DNA of 34,385 nucleotides from a virus: UHGV virus genome UHGV-0351038; one strand, 5' to 3'. Shown piece by piece: positions 24,885 to 34,385 of this stretch (position 1 is its first letter; each line of letters starts with the position of its first letter). The notes under the pieces were generated by a model. It saw only the letters and a program-made list of their open reading frames with translations, ran no database searches and was not told where the DNA came from. The position numbers and the translations under genes were made by a program.

Positions 24885-27256
24885 TAGATTGACTCCCCCA
24901 TCTGAGCATCAGTCAATGCCTTGTGCCATATTCTGAAATTCCTGACATGACCAAATAAATGACGCAACCCGGCTGTAGTCTGGCCTCCAATACGGATAAT
25001 TGCGGAGTTCTGAATATAGGACCATGTGGCTTTCTTTTCGCTGGATATACGCCCGTTACTTACTGAGCACGTAGACTGATCTGACTTTACACGCATCCCC
25101 ATAACCATTTTTTCAAGCGATGCGTTTTCGTTTACCCGTCTGTTAGCCAAACCTATATCACAATAAGGAAATCCGTCGTAATCTGTTGAACGACCGAAGC
25201 CAAGAATAATAGCCGCTCCGGTTTGATGACCGCCGGTATCAAAAACACGCGGTGCTGCATTTGGCGTTTTATACCAGTTCTTATGTACCTCACAAAGAAC
25301 CGTAAAAGGAAGATTATAAAGATTATTCTTAATTGGAACTGTAACTATATCGCTTGCGCGGGTCGCCGCCGTCGCTCCTGATATAATAAAAGATGATACA
25401 CAAGGCCCATCTTCTACTTGTGGGGTGGCCAGATAAATATAGTCACCAGATACGGTTGCCCCGCTCTGCTTAGGAGAATACTGTATCTGAGAGCCTATTT
25501 TTAACTCCCCATCAATTGCCTGAATTGTTGCCTCTGCAAAAATCCATCCGGTAGCTTCGTCCTTTCTGACTCTCGCTGTAATTCTTGAGGCAGCACCGCC
25601 TGTCATATTAATTTCAAGCGTTTGTGTATCAATATACGCATCACCAAGAAAAGTTGTTGCGCTACCGTCATATTTATCAAACCGGATACGCAACCTTACC
25701 TGCAGTTCTGTTTTAAAACGACATGAGGTTGTCACGTGTTTATTATCGCCTGAGACATCAACTGACTTTGTTGCAGCAATTGATGCCATATTAATGGCTG
25801 AGGTTTGCCCAATCAGAGAATCGTTGCAGACAAACTTTCCATAGGTAAAACCAAAATTATCCGTCCCTGTTTCGGTCACATCCATATTTGACGATCGCCC
25901 CCAACTGGCAGGGCTTTCCGAATTGAGCATGTAGTTTGTTCTTTGCCCCTCAATAAGCAGGCCATCACGTTCAAATCGTGGCTCGTCAATGGCAGCCTCT
26001 GTCAGCACACCAGATTTGTTAATATAGGTTGCTTTCGATGCACGTTTAAACTTAACAATCTTGTCGCCAGGCATCGTTATTTCATCGTCACCAATAACAA
26101 TTTTTTTATATGATGGCGAAAAGCCCGTAATCATATCCAGCGAATCGTTAAATGGTATCCACACATCAGGCAGCGGCTGTAAGACATATTTATACGGCTC
26201 CGCAGCCTGGCTTGCGTACTCTCTGGCTGCATCTTCGCTTGCTTTAGCTGCCGTCTGGCTTGCTGCCGATGCTTTCGCTGAGTTCGCAGCCGCTGTTTCG
26301 CTCACCTTTGCGTTGGTTTCACTGGTTTTTGCTGCTTTTTGACTGTTAGCTGATGCAGTAGCAGAAGCAGCCGCCGCGCTTGCAGAACTGGCTGCGGCAC
26401 TCTCGCTTTGGGCCGCTGCATCCTGACTGCTTTTCGCCGCAGTTTCACTGGCTTTGGCATTCGTTTCGCTGGTCTTCGCTGCCGTCTGGCTGGACTTTGC
26501 GTTAGTTTCACTCGTCTTCGCAGCTTTCTGGCTGTTAGCCGCAGCAGTTGCTGATCCAGCTGCTGAAGTCGCAGAACCGGCTGCCGCGCTCTCGCTTTGG
26601 GCTGCTGCAACCTGGCTGTTTTTTGCCGCAGTTTCACTGGCTTTAGCATTCGTTTCGCTGGTCTTCGCTGCCGTCTGGCTGGACTTTGCGTTGGTTTCGC
26701 TCGTCTTTGCGGCTGTCTCGCTATTTTTCGCGTTGGTTTCTGATTTTTTAGCTGCTGTTGCGGAGTTTGCCGATGCAGTCTGCGAGGCCGCTGCCGCCTG
26801 TGCGCTGTTAGCTGCATTCGTTTCTGAGGTTTTCGCCGCGTTCTTCGATGATGCCGCTGCAGTTTCGGATTTCTTTGCCGCCGCTGCGCTCTGAGAGGCG
26901 GCTTCAGCGTTGCGTGCCGCTTCTTCCACCATCTGCTCAAAGCGGCGCAGTGCCTCCGGTCGGACATCATCCTCCGTCATGGCACCGAGAAAATCATTCA
27001 GCGTACCTGGTCTGGAACCTTCATAGACGGTAATGGTCCCGGCATGTGAAGGCGGAAAACCTTCAACCAGCAGGGTGACGCTGTACTGACCATGCTCAAC
27101 ATCCATGCTGTAACGTCCGGCTTCATCCGGATTTTCAGAGGCCACCGTGTTCACCACCACCGTGCTGCTGGTTCGTCTGGCCTTCAGCACAATGGTGCAG
27201 TTCTGTACTGGTTTTCCTGTGCCATCTTTAAGCACGCCAGAAATTTTTACTGTCAT
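24884..27256 (-). CDS. stf: Side tail fibre (lambda Stf-like N-terminus, repetitive Ala/Ser/Thr-rich shaft, distinct C-terminal lectin-like domain)
   Basis: N-terminus MTVKISGVLKDGTGKPVQNCTIVLKA matches recalled lambda Stf; shaft has tandem KTSETNAK-type repeats; C-terminus (GLRHLFGHVRNFRIWHKALTDAQ) has a LamG/ConA-like signature. Confidence 0.75.
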   Translation of the reverse strand: MTVKISGVLKDGTGKPVQNCTIVLKARRTSSTVVVNTVASENPDEAGRYSMDVEHGQYSVTLLVEGFPPSHAGTITVYEGSRPGTLNDFLGAMTEDDVRPEALRRFEQMVEEAARNAEAASQSAAAAKKSETAAASSKNAAKTSETNAANSAQAAAASQTASANSATAAKKSETNAKNSETAAKTSETNAKSSQTAAKTSETNAKASETAAKNSQVAAAQSESAAAGSATSAAGSATAAANSQKAAKTSETNAKSSQTAAKTSETNAKASETAAKSSQDAAAQSESAAASSASAAAASATASANSQKAAKTSETNAKVSETAAANSAKASAASQTAAKASEDAAREYASQAAEPYKYVLQPLPDVWIPFNDSLDMITGFSPSYKKIVIGDDEITMPGDKIVKFKRASKATYINKSGVLTEAAIDEPRFERDGLLIEGQRTNYMLNSESPASWGRSSNMDVTETGTDNFGFTYGKFVCNDSLIGQTSAINMASIAATKSVDVSGDNKHVTTSCRFKTELQVRLRIRFDKYDGSATTFLGDAYIDTQTLEINMTGGAASRITARVRKDEATGWIFAEATIQAIDGELKIGSQIQYSPKQSGATVSGDYIYLATPQVEDGPCVSSFIISGATAATRASDIVTVPIKNNLYNLPFTVLCEVHKNWYKTPNAAPRVFDTGGHQTGAAIILGFGRSTDYDGFPYCDIGLANRRVNENASLEKMVMGMRVKSDQSTCSVSNGRISSEKKATWSYIQNSAIIRIGGQTTAGLRHLFGHVRNFRIWHKALTDAQMGESI
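26266..26911. repeat. Tandem coding repeats in the fibre shaft (KTSETNAK units, plus a larger about 65-aa duplication)
   Basis: Repeated peptide blocks in the translation and matching DNA repeats (for example gctttggcattcgtttcgctggtcttcgctgccgtctggctggactttgcg recurs). Confidence 0.7.
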
Positions 27257-27267
27257 ACTTTTCCACC

Positions 27268-27301
27268 AATAAAAAAAGCCCGCAGCAGTGACGCCACGGG
27301 C
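27268..27301 (-). terminator. Intrinsic terminator downstream of lom
   Basis: Stem GCCCG...CGGGC followed on the minus strand by TTTTTTT. Confidence 0.5.
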
Positions 27302-27407
27302 TTCAGGACAGTGTAACTTTACGTTTCCTCAAACGCAGTTCACCCCATAAGGTGGATGAACCTGCGTATCATAACAATATTTACAGAAGATAAATCGGCG
27401 TCTGTTG

Positions 27408-28007
27408 TCAGAAACGGTATCCGATACCAACAATAAATGCATCCGTTCGCCAGTCGCCACTGCCGGAGCCTTCATAAGCAATATCAATGGCCACGGATTC
27501 GGTCGGGTTAAACTGCACGCCAGCTCCCCACGCCAGAGACGTGTTGCTGTGGCGATCGTCATCACTTCCGGTCAGCACATCGTGCGTTTTCCCCTTGTTG
27601 TCAGTTACGCGGAGATAATCCCCGGAGAACGTCGACACACGGCTGTAAGCCACACCTGCCATCGCATAAGCACTGAACCATTCATTCACGCGTACAGACG
27701 GCCCCGCCATCATGCTGAACCAGCGGTTACGCACTGAATCTTCATGCCAGCGGGTATCGCTGTAATGCGTTTTTTGCTCATCTTTGGCATTGGCATAACT
27801 GAATGACGTCACCAGCCCCAGCGTGTCCGTAAATTCATAACGGTATTTCACGTTAATGCCCTTCAGGCCATCACTGCCTGGCATATCAGTATGGGTCTGA
27901 AGATACCCGGCGCTTAGTGTGGACTGATGCTCTGCTGCACTCGCTGGCGTAGCAGCGGCGACCTGCCAGACTACTGCGGACAAAATAACAGCACATAATG
28001 TACGCAT
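27408..28007 (-). CDS. lom: Lom/Ail-family outer-membrane beta-barrel protein
   Basis: 199 aa with signal peptide, alternating beta-strand pattern and C-terminal ...GIGYRF; located after J as in lambda. Confidence 0.85.
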   Translation of the reverse strand: MRTLCAVILSAVVWQVAAATPASAAEHQSTLSAGYLQTHTDMPGSDGLKGINVKYRYEFTDTLGLVTSFSYANAKDEQKTHYSDTRWHEDSVRNRWFSMMAGPSVRVNEWFSAYAMAGVAYSRVSTFSGDYLRVTDNKGKTHDVLTGSDDDRHSNTSLAWGAGVQFNPTESVAIDIAYEGSGSGDWRTDAFIVGIGYRF

Positions 28008-28029
28008 AATTACCTCTCGCTTTTCTGCA

Positions 28030-28055
28030 ATAAAAAAGGCGCCATTTCTGGCGCC
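28030..28055 (-). terminator. Intrinsic terminator downstream of J
   Basis: Stem GGCGCCA / TGGCGCC with loop TTTC; followed on the minus strand by TTTTTTATT. Confidence 0.55.
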
Positions 28056-28074
28056 CGTATCTGGGTTATAAAAT

Positions 28075-31000
28075 TCAGCTAATCGTGATGCCTGCAGTGG
28101 CTTTCTTCATCACCACAACCAGCAAATCGCTGATACTTGCTGTGGGATACCAGTTATTTACCAGCCATGCTGACACCGAAAACTCCAGTGTCATGTGACC
28201 GTGACCGGCAGGCATATCAATAACACCACTGTAAATCAGCGTATTATCCAGCGCGGTACGGTTATAAATTTCAGCACCGTTTTTCCGTACTATCAGGCGG
28301 CATGACGAATAAATATCGTTATTCTCCCGCTCATGTTTAGCGCCGCTGAATGCCACCGCCGGAATAACAATCTGCCGGTCAAACGGCTGATCGTCATAAA
28401 CCCTGACGGTGATGGTCCCTGATGGCCACCGTTCCGGTGCACGGGAGTCCCGGGGGAAAGCTTTGCCCACTGTTTTAACGAGATCGCCTTCAATCTGGTT
28501 GGCGGACAATTTTCCCAGAACCCGACAGTTCTCGTTAATCGTGACGTTGTTGAGCGCCCCGGAGTTCGCATTCACGTTACCGCTGATATCGGCATTTTTC
28601 GCCGTCAGCCGCCCGTCCGGTGTCAGGGAAAATGCCGGAGGATTACCGCCACTGGTAATGGTCGGAGCCGTCAGGCGTTTCAGGAACACGTCGTTCATGA
28701 ATATCTGATCGCCCTGACCAACAAACATCGGCTTTGTGTTGCCATTCGCAGGATTAATCATCGCAATCCTGTCTGCCGCCAGCAGCACCTGACTCTGCAT
28801 ACCGTCGGGGGTGTTCTCAATACCGGCACCAATACCCGCGATATAAAGGCGTCCATCCTGCATCTGCTGCAGCTTCACAGCCCACATGCTGTTCAGGTTA
28901 TTATTTGTATCAACCTGAACCTTCTGTATCTGCTGGATTGCCGCACTCTGGTCTTCCAGTTTCTTATTGACAGTCTGCGTGATTTCATTGCTGACATCCG
29001 TAATGGACGTCCTGATTTCAGCCAGGTCAGGCGCAAGCTGACCGTTATCAATCTGCGTCCACAGCTCCTGAGCCAGATGTGTTTTCCCTATCTCTCCTTT
29101 GAAAAAATCCAGGTAACCTTCCGCATCATCGCTCGCCCGGCCGACAGCCTCCACGAATGCCGATTTGCCAACGGTGTTCACACTGCGAACGTAAAAATAA
29201 TAATCATGACCCGGCTTAATATTGATACTGGCAGCTATCCAGTACAGCGCCGTGCCAAGATAGCTGGCTGTGGTTTCAACCTGCCTGATATCCGCAATCC
29301 GCTTTTCCGAGAACCAGAACTCAAACTGTACCGTCGGATCATAAACGGCAAGATGCGGCGTGGCGGTTATCTGAAAATAGCCCGGCGTCAGCTCAATCTG
29401 CGACGGTGCTGCCGGTGCGGCAATCCGGAACGATACCGACGCCGGATCGCCCTGCTGCCCCCAGGCATTTGCCGCCCGGACCGTCAGTCTGTAGTTTCCC
29501 AGCGCCAGTTGCCTGAAGCGGTATGTGGTTTCCGTCGTCCGGGCCGTGCTGACCAGCCGCTCACTGCCGTCATCCGCTGCCACGGTCAGGCGAAGCATAA
29601 AGCTCACCCCCTTCACCACCTTCGGCGTATCCCAGCGCGCCAGCACCTGGTATTCCCCGCTGTCTGCGGTGACTTCTGCGGTCAGGTGCTGCACTGCTGG
29701 CGGCGTGACACCGTTCACCGTTCCGCTCTGGTCGCCGTCAAAGTGCGCCCCGTTATCCACGATGGCTTCTTTCTCCGGCACATGCTGCACGGCAGTGATG
29801 GCATACGTGCCGTCATCGTTCTCACGGATACTCACACAGCGGAACAGGCGCTGGCGCAGCGTCGGCAGCTTCAGCCCCCATACGCTGTATTCGGCAACAC
29901 CGTCAGGAACACGGCTCACTTTTACCTTCACGCCGTCGGTGACGGACTGAACCTCCACGCTGACCGGATTGCCACTTCCGTCAACCAGGCTTATCAGCGT
30001 GGTACCGGAGGATGGCAGCGTGATTTCACGGTCGAGCGTCAGCGTCCGGGTCTGGCTGTTCACCGCCAGCACGCGACCACCGATGCTGATACCGGCATAG
30101 TCATCATCACAGATTTCAATGACATCGCCCGGTACATGGCGAAGCCCTTCGGCACCCACGCTGAAGTCCACGGTCTGCGTTTCCAGCAGTTCCGTTTTAA
30201 TCAGCCACAGCCCGGCGCGGTGCGCCTGCCCCCGGCTGGTACAGCCAAAGGCATCCATCTTCGTGACGTTACGACCGTAACGGAGAATGGCCTGCGTATC
30301 TTCAACAAGCTCTGTCGCCGTCTCCCAGCCGTTATCCGGGTCAATCCAGTTCACCTCAACGGCATTATGGCGGTCCTTCAGGGCGCTGAAGCTGTAGCGG
30401 AACGGCGCGCCATCATCCGGCATCACCACATTACTGTGGTTATAGGTCCACACCTTATCCGACGGTCGGTCCTGCACGAACGTCAGCGTCTGCCCGTTCC
30501 ATACCGGCATACAGCGCATCGCCGAACAGAAATCACTGAGCACATCCCACGCCTTACGCTGTGTGGTCAGGTAAGCGTTACAGGTGATGCGCGGCTCCGT
30601 ACCACCAAAGCCATCCGGCACTGACTGATCGCAATACTGGCCGATGACATACAGCGCCCATTTGTCCACATCCGCCGCACCAAGACGTTTCCCCATGCCG
30701 TAGCGCGGGTGGGTCAGCATATCCCACAGACACCAGGCCATGTTGTTGCTGTATGCCGGTTTAAACGTCCCGTCCCAGATACCGCTGTATTGCCGCGTCT
30801 GCGGGTTATAGTTCGATGGCACCTGCAGAATGCGCCCGCGAAGATGATAATTACGGCTCACCTGCTGGCTGCCGAACTGTTCCGAGTCCACCTGCACGCC
30901 GACCAGTGCCGTGTTCGGGTAGCACTGTTTCACATCGATGATTTCAGTGTATGACGACCAGAGCGTTTTGTTCTGCAGCTGGTCTGTGGTGCTGTCCGGC

Positions 31001-31554
31001 GTCATCCTGCGCATCCGGATATTGAACGGTCGCGGCGGCAGGTTATCCACCACCACCGAGGCCAGATACTGCGACGTGGTTTTGCCCTTAATGGTGATGT
31101 CTTTTTCCGTCACCCAGCCACCGTTACGTTGTATCTGAACCAGCAGGCGGACTTCCGACGGATTCCGGTCACCCTTTGAGGTGGTTTCCACCAGTGCCTG
31201 CACACCGAAGGTAAAGCGCAGACGGTCGATGTTTGCAGACGTGATGGTCCGGGTGATCGGCGTGTCGTATTTCACTTCCGTACCCAGCACCGTCTCGGAA
31301 CCGGAGGATTCAAATCCCTCCGGCGGTGTCTGCTCCTGCTCACCTGCCCGGAACACCACCGTGACACCGGAGATGTTGGTATTCCCCTCACTGTCCAGCA
31401 CCGGTGTACTGTTCAGCAGCACGCTTTTTAATCCATCCACCGGACCTTCAACCGGCCCTTCGCTGATGGCATCGATCACACTCAGCAACTGCGTGGACTT
31501 CAGGTTGTCCTTCGCTTCGCGCGGGGTATGCCCCTTACTGCTTCCTTTACCCAT
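28075..31554 (-). CDS. J: Tail tip / host-specificity protein J
   Basis: 1159 aa; N-terminus [37 protein letters not shown] matches recalled lambda J; size and position agree. Confidence 0.9.
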   Translation of the reverse strand: MGKGSSKGHTPREAKDNLKSTQLLSVIDAISEGPVEGPVDGLKSVLLNSTPVLDSEGNTNISGVTVVFRAGEQEQTPPEGFESSGSETVLGTEVKYDTPITRTITSANIDRLRFTFGVQALVETTSKGDRNPSEVRLLVQIQRNGGWVTEKDITIKGKTTSQYLASVVVDNLPPRPFNIRMRRMTPDSTTDQLQNKTLWSSYTEIIDVKQCYPNTALVGVQVDSEQFGSQQVSRNYHLRGRILQVPSNYNPQTRQYSGIWDGTFKPAYSNNMAWCLWDMLTHPRYGMGKRLGAADVDKWALYVIGQYCDQSVPDGFGGTEPRITCNAYLTTQRKAWDVLSDFCSAMRCMPVWNGQTLTFVQDRPSDKVWTYNHSNVVMPDDGAPFRYSFSALKDRHNAVEVNWIDPDNGWETATELVEDTQAILRYGRNVTKMDAFGCTSRGQAHRAGLWLIKTELLETQTVDFSVGAEGLRHVPGDVIEICDDDYAGISIGGRVLAVNSQTRTLTLDREITLPSSGTTLISLVDGSGNPVSVEVQSVTDGVKVKVSRVPDGVAEYSVWGLKLPTLRQRLFRCVSIRENDDGTYAITAVQHVPEKEAIVDNGAHFDGDQSGTVNGVTPPAVQHLTAEVTADSGEYQVLARWDTPKVVKGVSFMLRLTVAADDGSERLVSTARTTETTYRFRQLALGNYRLTVRAANAWGQQGDPASVSFRIAAPAAPSQIELTPGYFQITATPHLAVYDPTVQFEFWFSEKRIADIRQVETTASYLGTALYWIAASINIKPGHDYYFYVRSVNTVGKSAFVEAVGRASDDAEGYLDFFKGEIGKTHLAQELWTQIDNGQLAPDLAEIRTSITDVSNEITQTVNKKLEDQSAAIQQIQKVQVDTNNNLNSMWAVKLQQMQDGRLYIAGIGAGIENTPDGMQSQVLLAADRIAMINPANGNTKPMFVGQGDQIFMNDVFLKRLTAPTITSGGNPPAFSLTPDGRLTAKNADISGNVNANSGALNNVTINENCRVLGKLSANQIEGDLVKTVGKAFPRDSRAPERWPSGTITVRVYDDQPFDRQIVIPAVAFSGAKHERENNDIYSSCRLIVRKNGAEIYNRTALDNTLIYSGVIDMPAGHGHMTLEFSVSAWLVNNWYPTASISDLLVVVMKKATAGITIS

Positions 31555-31614
31555 TCCTCACGCTCCATAAATGACAAAACCGCCCGCAGGCGGTTTCACA
31601 TAAAACATTTTGCA

Positions 31615-32286
31615 TCAGCGACCAATCACCACAACCTGACCACCGTCCCCTTCGTCTGCCGTGCTGATCTCCTGAGAAACCACGCGTGACCCCACGCGCA
31701 TTTCCCCGTACAGAACAGGCAGAACATTGCCCTGGGCAACCATGTTATCCAGTGAGGAGAAATAGGTGTTCTGCTTACCGTTATCCGTTGTCTGTGTACG
31801 GGGAGTTCTGGCTTTCGGTGCCAGCATCTGCGCCACACCACCGAGCACCATACTGGCACCGAGAGAAAACAGGATGCCGGTCATACCACCGGCCCCAATG
31901 GCTGCCCCCCATGCTGCAAGGGTGGCTCCGGCGGTAAAGAATGATCCGGCAATGGCGGCAGCCCCCAGGACAATCTGGAATACGCCACCTGACTTGGCCC
32001 CGGCGACTCTGGGAACAATATGAATCACAGCGCCATCAGGCAGAGTCTCATGTAACTGCGCCGTTAACCCGGACGTGCTGACGTACCGCCCGGCAATCCG
32101 TACCTGATACCAGCCGTCGCTCAGTTTCTGACGAAACGCAGGGAGCTGTGTGGCCAGCGCCCGGATGGCTTCGGCCCCCGTTTTCACACGAAGGTCGATG
32201 CGGCGGCCAAATCGTTGTAAATCCCCGTAAAGGCAGATGCGTGCCATGCCCGGTGACGCCAGAGGGAGTGTGTGCGTCGCTGCCAT
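31615..32286 (-). CDS. I: Tail assembly protein I
   Basis: 223 aa; Gly/Ala-rich hydrophobic C-terminal half; between K and J. Confidence 0.8.
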   Translation of the reverse strand: MAATHTLPLASPGMARICLYGDLQRFGRRIDLRVKTGAEAIRALATQLPAFRQKLSDGWYQVRIAGRYVSTSGLTAQLHETLPDGAVIHIVPRVAGAKSGGVFQIVLGAAAIAGSFFTAGATLAAWGAAIGAGGMTGILFSLGASMVLGGVAQMLAPKARTPRTQTTDNGKQNTYFSSLDNMVAQGNVLPVLYGEMRVGSRVVSQEISTADEGDGGQVVVIGR

Positions 32287-32927
32287 TTGTCGGTATACCT
32301 CTCTCGTTTGCTCAGTTGTTCAGGAATATGGTGCAGCAGCTCGCCGTCACCACAGTAAATGGCGGCATGATTCGGCACAGATGAACCAAAACAGCACAGC
32401 AGCACATCGCCCGGCTGCGCCGCTGACAGCGGCACCTGATACAGCCCTGCGGCCTCCAGATTATCCAGATAGAGATTCTGACCGTTACGCCACCAGTCAT
32501 CCTCACGATGAAAATCCGGCATCTCAATCCCCGCCAGATGGTAAGCATCCCGGAACAGCGTGTAACAGTCCGTCACCCCGTGCTCAAAGAGCCGCCCGGT
32601 GAGATGCGGCACACAGCGGAATTTATGAATCGCCCCCCGGCAGACCAGCCACCACGGCAAATCACTCTGCACCTGCAACCGCCGGTCGGCCTCACTCAGC
32701 CAGGGCAGACCACCGGGATGGCTGTGCACCAGCGCCACAATCTCACCCTGCATTTCTGCCCGCAGCCAGTCCTCCGGCGACATCCGGAAATACGCCTCCG
32801 GCTCACCGGAGATATTTACGCAGGGAAGATATCTGTCTCCCTCCGGCGTTCTCACCACAAAGCCGCACGACTCCGCTGGCGCACATCGCCGGGCGTGCGC
32901 CAGAATCGCTGATTCTGTCTCTGTCAT
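32184..32927 (-). CDS. K: Tail assembly protein K (JAMM/MPN + NlpC/P60-like)
   Basis: HSHPGG metalloprotease-like motif and Cys-containing C-terminal region; overlaps I as in lambda. Confidence 0.8.
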   Translation of the reverse strand: MTETESAILAHARRCAPAESCGFVVRTPEGDRYLPCVNISGEPEAYFRMSPEDWLRAEMQGEIVALVHSHPGGLPWLSEADRRLQVQSDLPWWLVCRGAIHKFRCVPHLTGRLFEHGVTDCYTLFRDAYHLAGIEMPDFHREDDWWRNGQNLYLDNLEAAGLYQVPLSAAQPGDVLLCCFGSSVPNHAAIYCGDGELLHHIPEQLSKRERYTDKWQRRTHSLWRHRAWHASAFTGIYNDLAAASTFV

Positions 32928-32932
32928 GGGAT

Positions 32933-33631
32933 TTACTGCGAAAGTTTGTCAATGGAAAGGAAGCCGCCAAAGTTGCCGACGTTATTGCGAAACTTACAGC
33001 CACTCAGGCATTTGCTGCATTTATCCTTCGTGATATCGGTTGTCGGCTGGTCATATTCATCCGCGACAGCCGGACCGTGATAACCGCACTCATCACCGCG
33101 ATAGGTCCAGGTGCAGGTGTTGGCCAGCATGATACGTCCCGGAAAAACAGCGCCATCCGTTTCCGTCGGCGTGGACAGTACAAAGGAGGCACTGACCGCG
33201 CTCAGTTCGCTGCACTGCTCGATGCGCCAGCGGCTGATCACCTCCTGCTCCGGATCGGCGTCGCTGTTTCCGTTGACGAAGTTCACCGCATCCAGAAAAC
33301 GGGCATAAACCTTACGCCTGACCACCGTTCCGCCGACCAGACTCTGCAGGTCTTCCGCCATCCCGGTGACCATACCGTACAGGTTAGAAACCGTCAGCGT
33401 GGGGCGCGTACTGGTACCTTTGCCATTCAGTTCGAAACCACTCCCCTGAATGGGATACGCCTGATACTGTCGCCCCTGCCAGGTGACCGGCTCACCTTTT
33501 TCGTTCTGCTCATTACAGAAAAAATAACGTTCTCCACCAACCTCTGTCAGATCGATTTCCCAGAGCACCACGCAGGCAGACTGCTCCGCACGGGTGCATT
33601 CATTCAGTGTTTCCTGTCGGATATCCTGCAT
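32933..33631 (-). CDS. L: Minor tail protein L
   Basis: 232 aa; position and Cys cluster near C-terminus (CSKCLSGCKF) as in lambda L. Confidence 0.8.
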   Translation of the reverse strand: MQDIRQETLNECTRAEQSACVVLWEIDLTEVGGERYFFCNEQNEKGEPVTWQGRQYQAYPIQGSGFELNGKGTSTRPTLTVSNLYGMVTGMAEDLQSLVGGTVVRRKVYARFLDAVNFVNGNSDADPEQEVISRWRIEQCSELSAVSASFVLSTPTETDGAVFPGRIMLANTCTWTYRGDECGYHGPAVADEYDQPTTDITKDKCSKCLSGCKFRNNVGNFGGFLSIDKLSQ

Positions 33632-33960
33632 CAGTTCACCACCTGTTCAAACTCTGCGCTGAACTCAACACGCAACATACTGACCCGCGACGACCATTTT
33701 GCGCAGGTCACCTTTATCTGCCGCCAGTCATAAGGCGGCGTCCACAGAAAGGCTTTCCAGCCTCCGTGCTCTGCCAGAAACGATTCCAACGCCGTGGCCT
33801 CCCAACGGGGGACAGAAATCGTCACGCTGTACGTTTTCAGGTTGGCATTCAGCCCGGCAGGCGCGCGCTGGGAATAGCCATCACCAAAGCGCACCTTCCT
33901 GACGGAAGGAGCCGAAGCCACATCCATACCGGGTTTCACTTTCCAGCGGAAGGTTTTCAT
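33631..33960 (-). CDS. M: Minor tail protein M
   Basis: 109 aa MKTFRWKVKPGMDVASAPSVRKVRFGDGYSQRAP..., lambda M-like. Confidence 0.8.
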   Translation of the reverse strand: MKTFRWKVKPGMDVASAPSVRKVRFGDGYSQRAPAGLNANLKTYSVTISVPRWEATALESFLAEHGGWKAFLWTPPYDWRQIKVTCAKWSSRVSMLRVEFSAEFEQVVN

Positions 33961-34385
33961 CGTCCACCTCCGGAGAACAGACCACCATCACGCATCTGCC
34001 CGGTCACAACATCCATTGCCGCCTTGCGGGCCATGTCATACACTGCCTTCAGCATCTGTGGACCTGGCAGACCATTCGTGCCGTCGTTATTAATCACCAC
34101 ATGGTTATTCTGCTCAAACTTCCCGGACGCCTGCGACCGGCTGTCCGCCAGGCTGCCCGGTGTACCGACATAACCACCGGTGGCATAGCCGCGCATCAGC
34201 CGGTAGAGATTCCCCACGCCAATCCGGCTGGTTGCCTCCTTCGTGAAGACAAATTCACCACGGTGAACAATCCCCGCTGGCTCATATTTGCCGCCGGTTC
34301 CCGTAAATCCCCCTGTCGCAAAATGGAATTTCGCCGCAGCTGCCTGAATGGCTGTACCGCCTGACGCGGATGCGCCGCCACCAAC
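33957..34385 (-). CDS. H: Tail tape measure protein H, C-terminal fragment (gene continues beyond window)
   Basis: Open minus-strand frame runs without stop from the window edge to 33957; ends ...MRDGGLFSGGGR as recalled for lambda H. The track start at 34217 is only an internal GTG. Confidence 0.8.
   Translation of the reverse strand, partial: VGGGASASGGTAIQAAAAKFHFATGGFTGTGGKYEPAGIVHRGEFVFTKEATSRIGVGNLYRLMRGYATGGYVGTPGSLADSRSQASGKFEQNNHVVINNDGTNGLPGPQMLKAVYDMARKAAMDVVTGQMRDGGLFSGGGR

Larger units (their letters stand above)
1..34385. mobile_element. Lambdoid (Rac/Qin-like) prophage or phage genome segment: tail module, sitABCD cargo, int-xis, recombination, immunity, replication, Q, lysis cassette
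   Basis: Gene content and order (H-M-L-K-I-J-lom-stf / int-xis-recE-like-kil / repressor-cro-O-like / rusA-Q-tRNA-holin-endolysin-Rz) seen directly in ORF translations; order matches lambda vegetative map read on the minus strand. Confidence 0.85.

Noticed and set aside
26302-26970. 222-aa Arg/Gln/Pro-rich minus-strand ORF, and the Ala-rich plus-strand ORF at 26454-26894
   Set aside because: Alternate-frame and antisense readings of the repetitive fibre shaft; low-complexity artefacts of the repeat.
29077-30624. 515-aa plus-strand ORF
   Set aside because: Lies entirely antisense within the well-supported J gene; Arg/His/Cys-rich composition typical of an antisense frame of a GC-rich gene.
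33957-34217. Tape-measure C-terminal ORF treated as a complete 86-aa gene
   Set aside because: The track start is an internal GTG; the same frame stays open to the window edge, so this is the C-terminus of a longer H gene.
1-34385. CRISPR array or IS/transposase
   Set aside because: No regularly spaced short direct repeats with unique spacers and no transposase-like ORF were seen; the repeats present are tRNA-associated, iteron or coding repeats.

Overview
The window is almost entirely a mosaic lambdoid (Rac/Qin-like) prophage carrying the sitABCD Mn/Fe ABC transporter as cargo. All calls come from reading the sequence and ORF track and from recalled family motifs; no database search was run, so family names are provisional. 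Layout, left to right: (1) 1-1300, a plus-strand tRNA-Ile(CAU) copy, then an Arc-like ribbon-helix-helix gene and a DUF1398 (YbcV-like) gene; (2) 1336-8141 on the minus strand, the late region read right to left: Q antiterminator, a terminator, tRNA-Ile(CAU) and tRNA-Arg(UCU), an AT-rich cargo segment, a DUF1737 gene, pinholin, DUF1327-like gene, SAR endolysin and Rz/Rz1, with rusA and a DUF968 gene upstream of Q; (3) 8200-13000 minus strand, the early-right operon: hok-type toxin, a Nudix + HAD hydrolase pair, an O-like replication gene with internal iterons, and a cro-like gene; (4) 13005-19557 plus strand, the immunity and early-left operon: XRE-type repressor between two operator-like palindromes, small YdaF/YdaG-like ORFs, kilR-like, a RecE-like protein with a DEDDh exonuclease C-terminus, xis and a tyrosine integrase; (5) 19948-23493, sitABCD behind Fur-box and MntR-box like sites; (6) 23585-34385 minus strand, lambda-type tail genes H (partial), M, L, K, I, J, lom and an Stf-like fibre with a non-lambda distal end. 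The candidates I rate most worth follow-up are the Nudix-HAD cassette bracketed by related hairpins, the RecE-like/DEDDh fusion with no RecT, the inverted duplication of the terminator-tRNA-Ile segment around the lysis cassette, and the Arc-like + DUF1398 pair. No CRISPR array, transposase or Shiga-toxin gene was seen.
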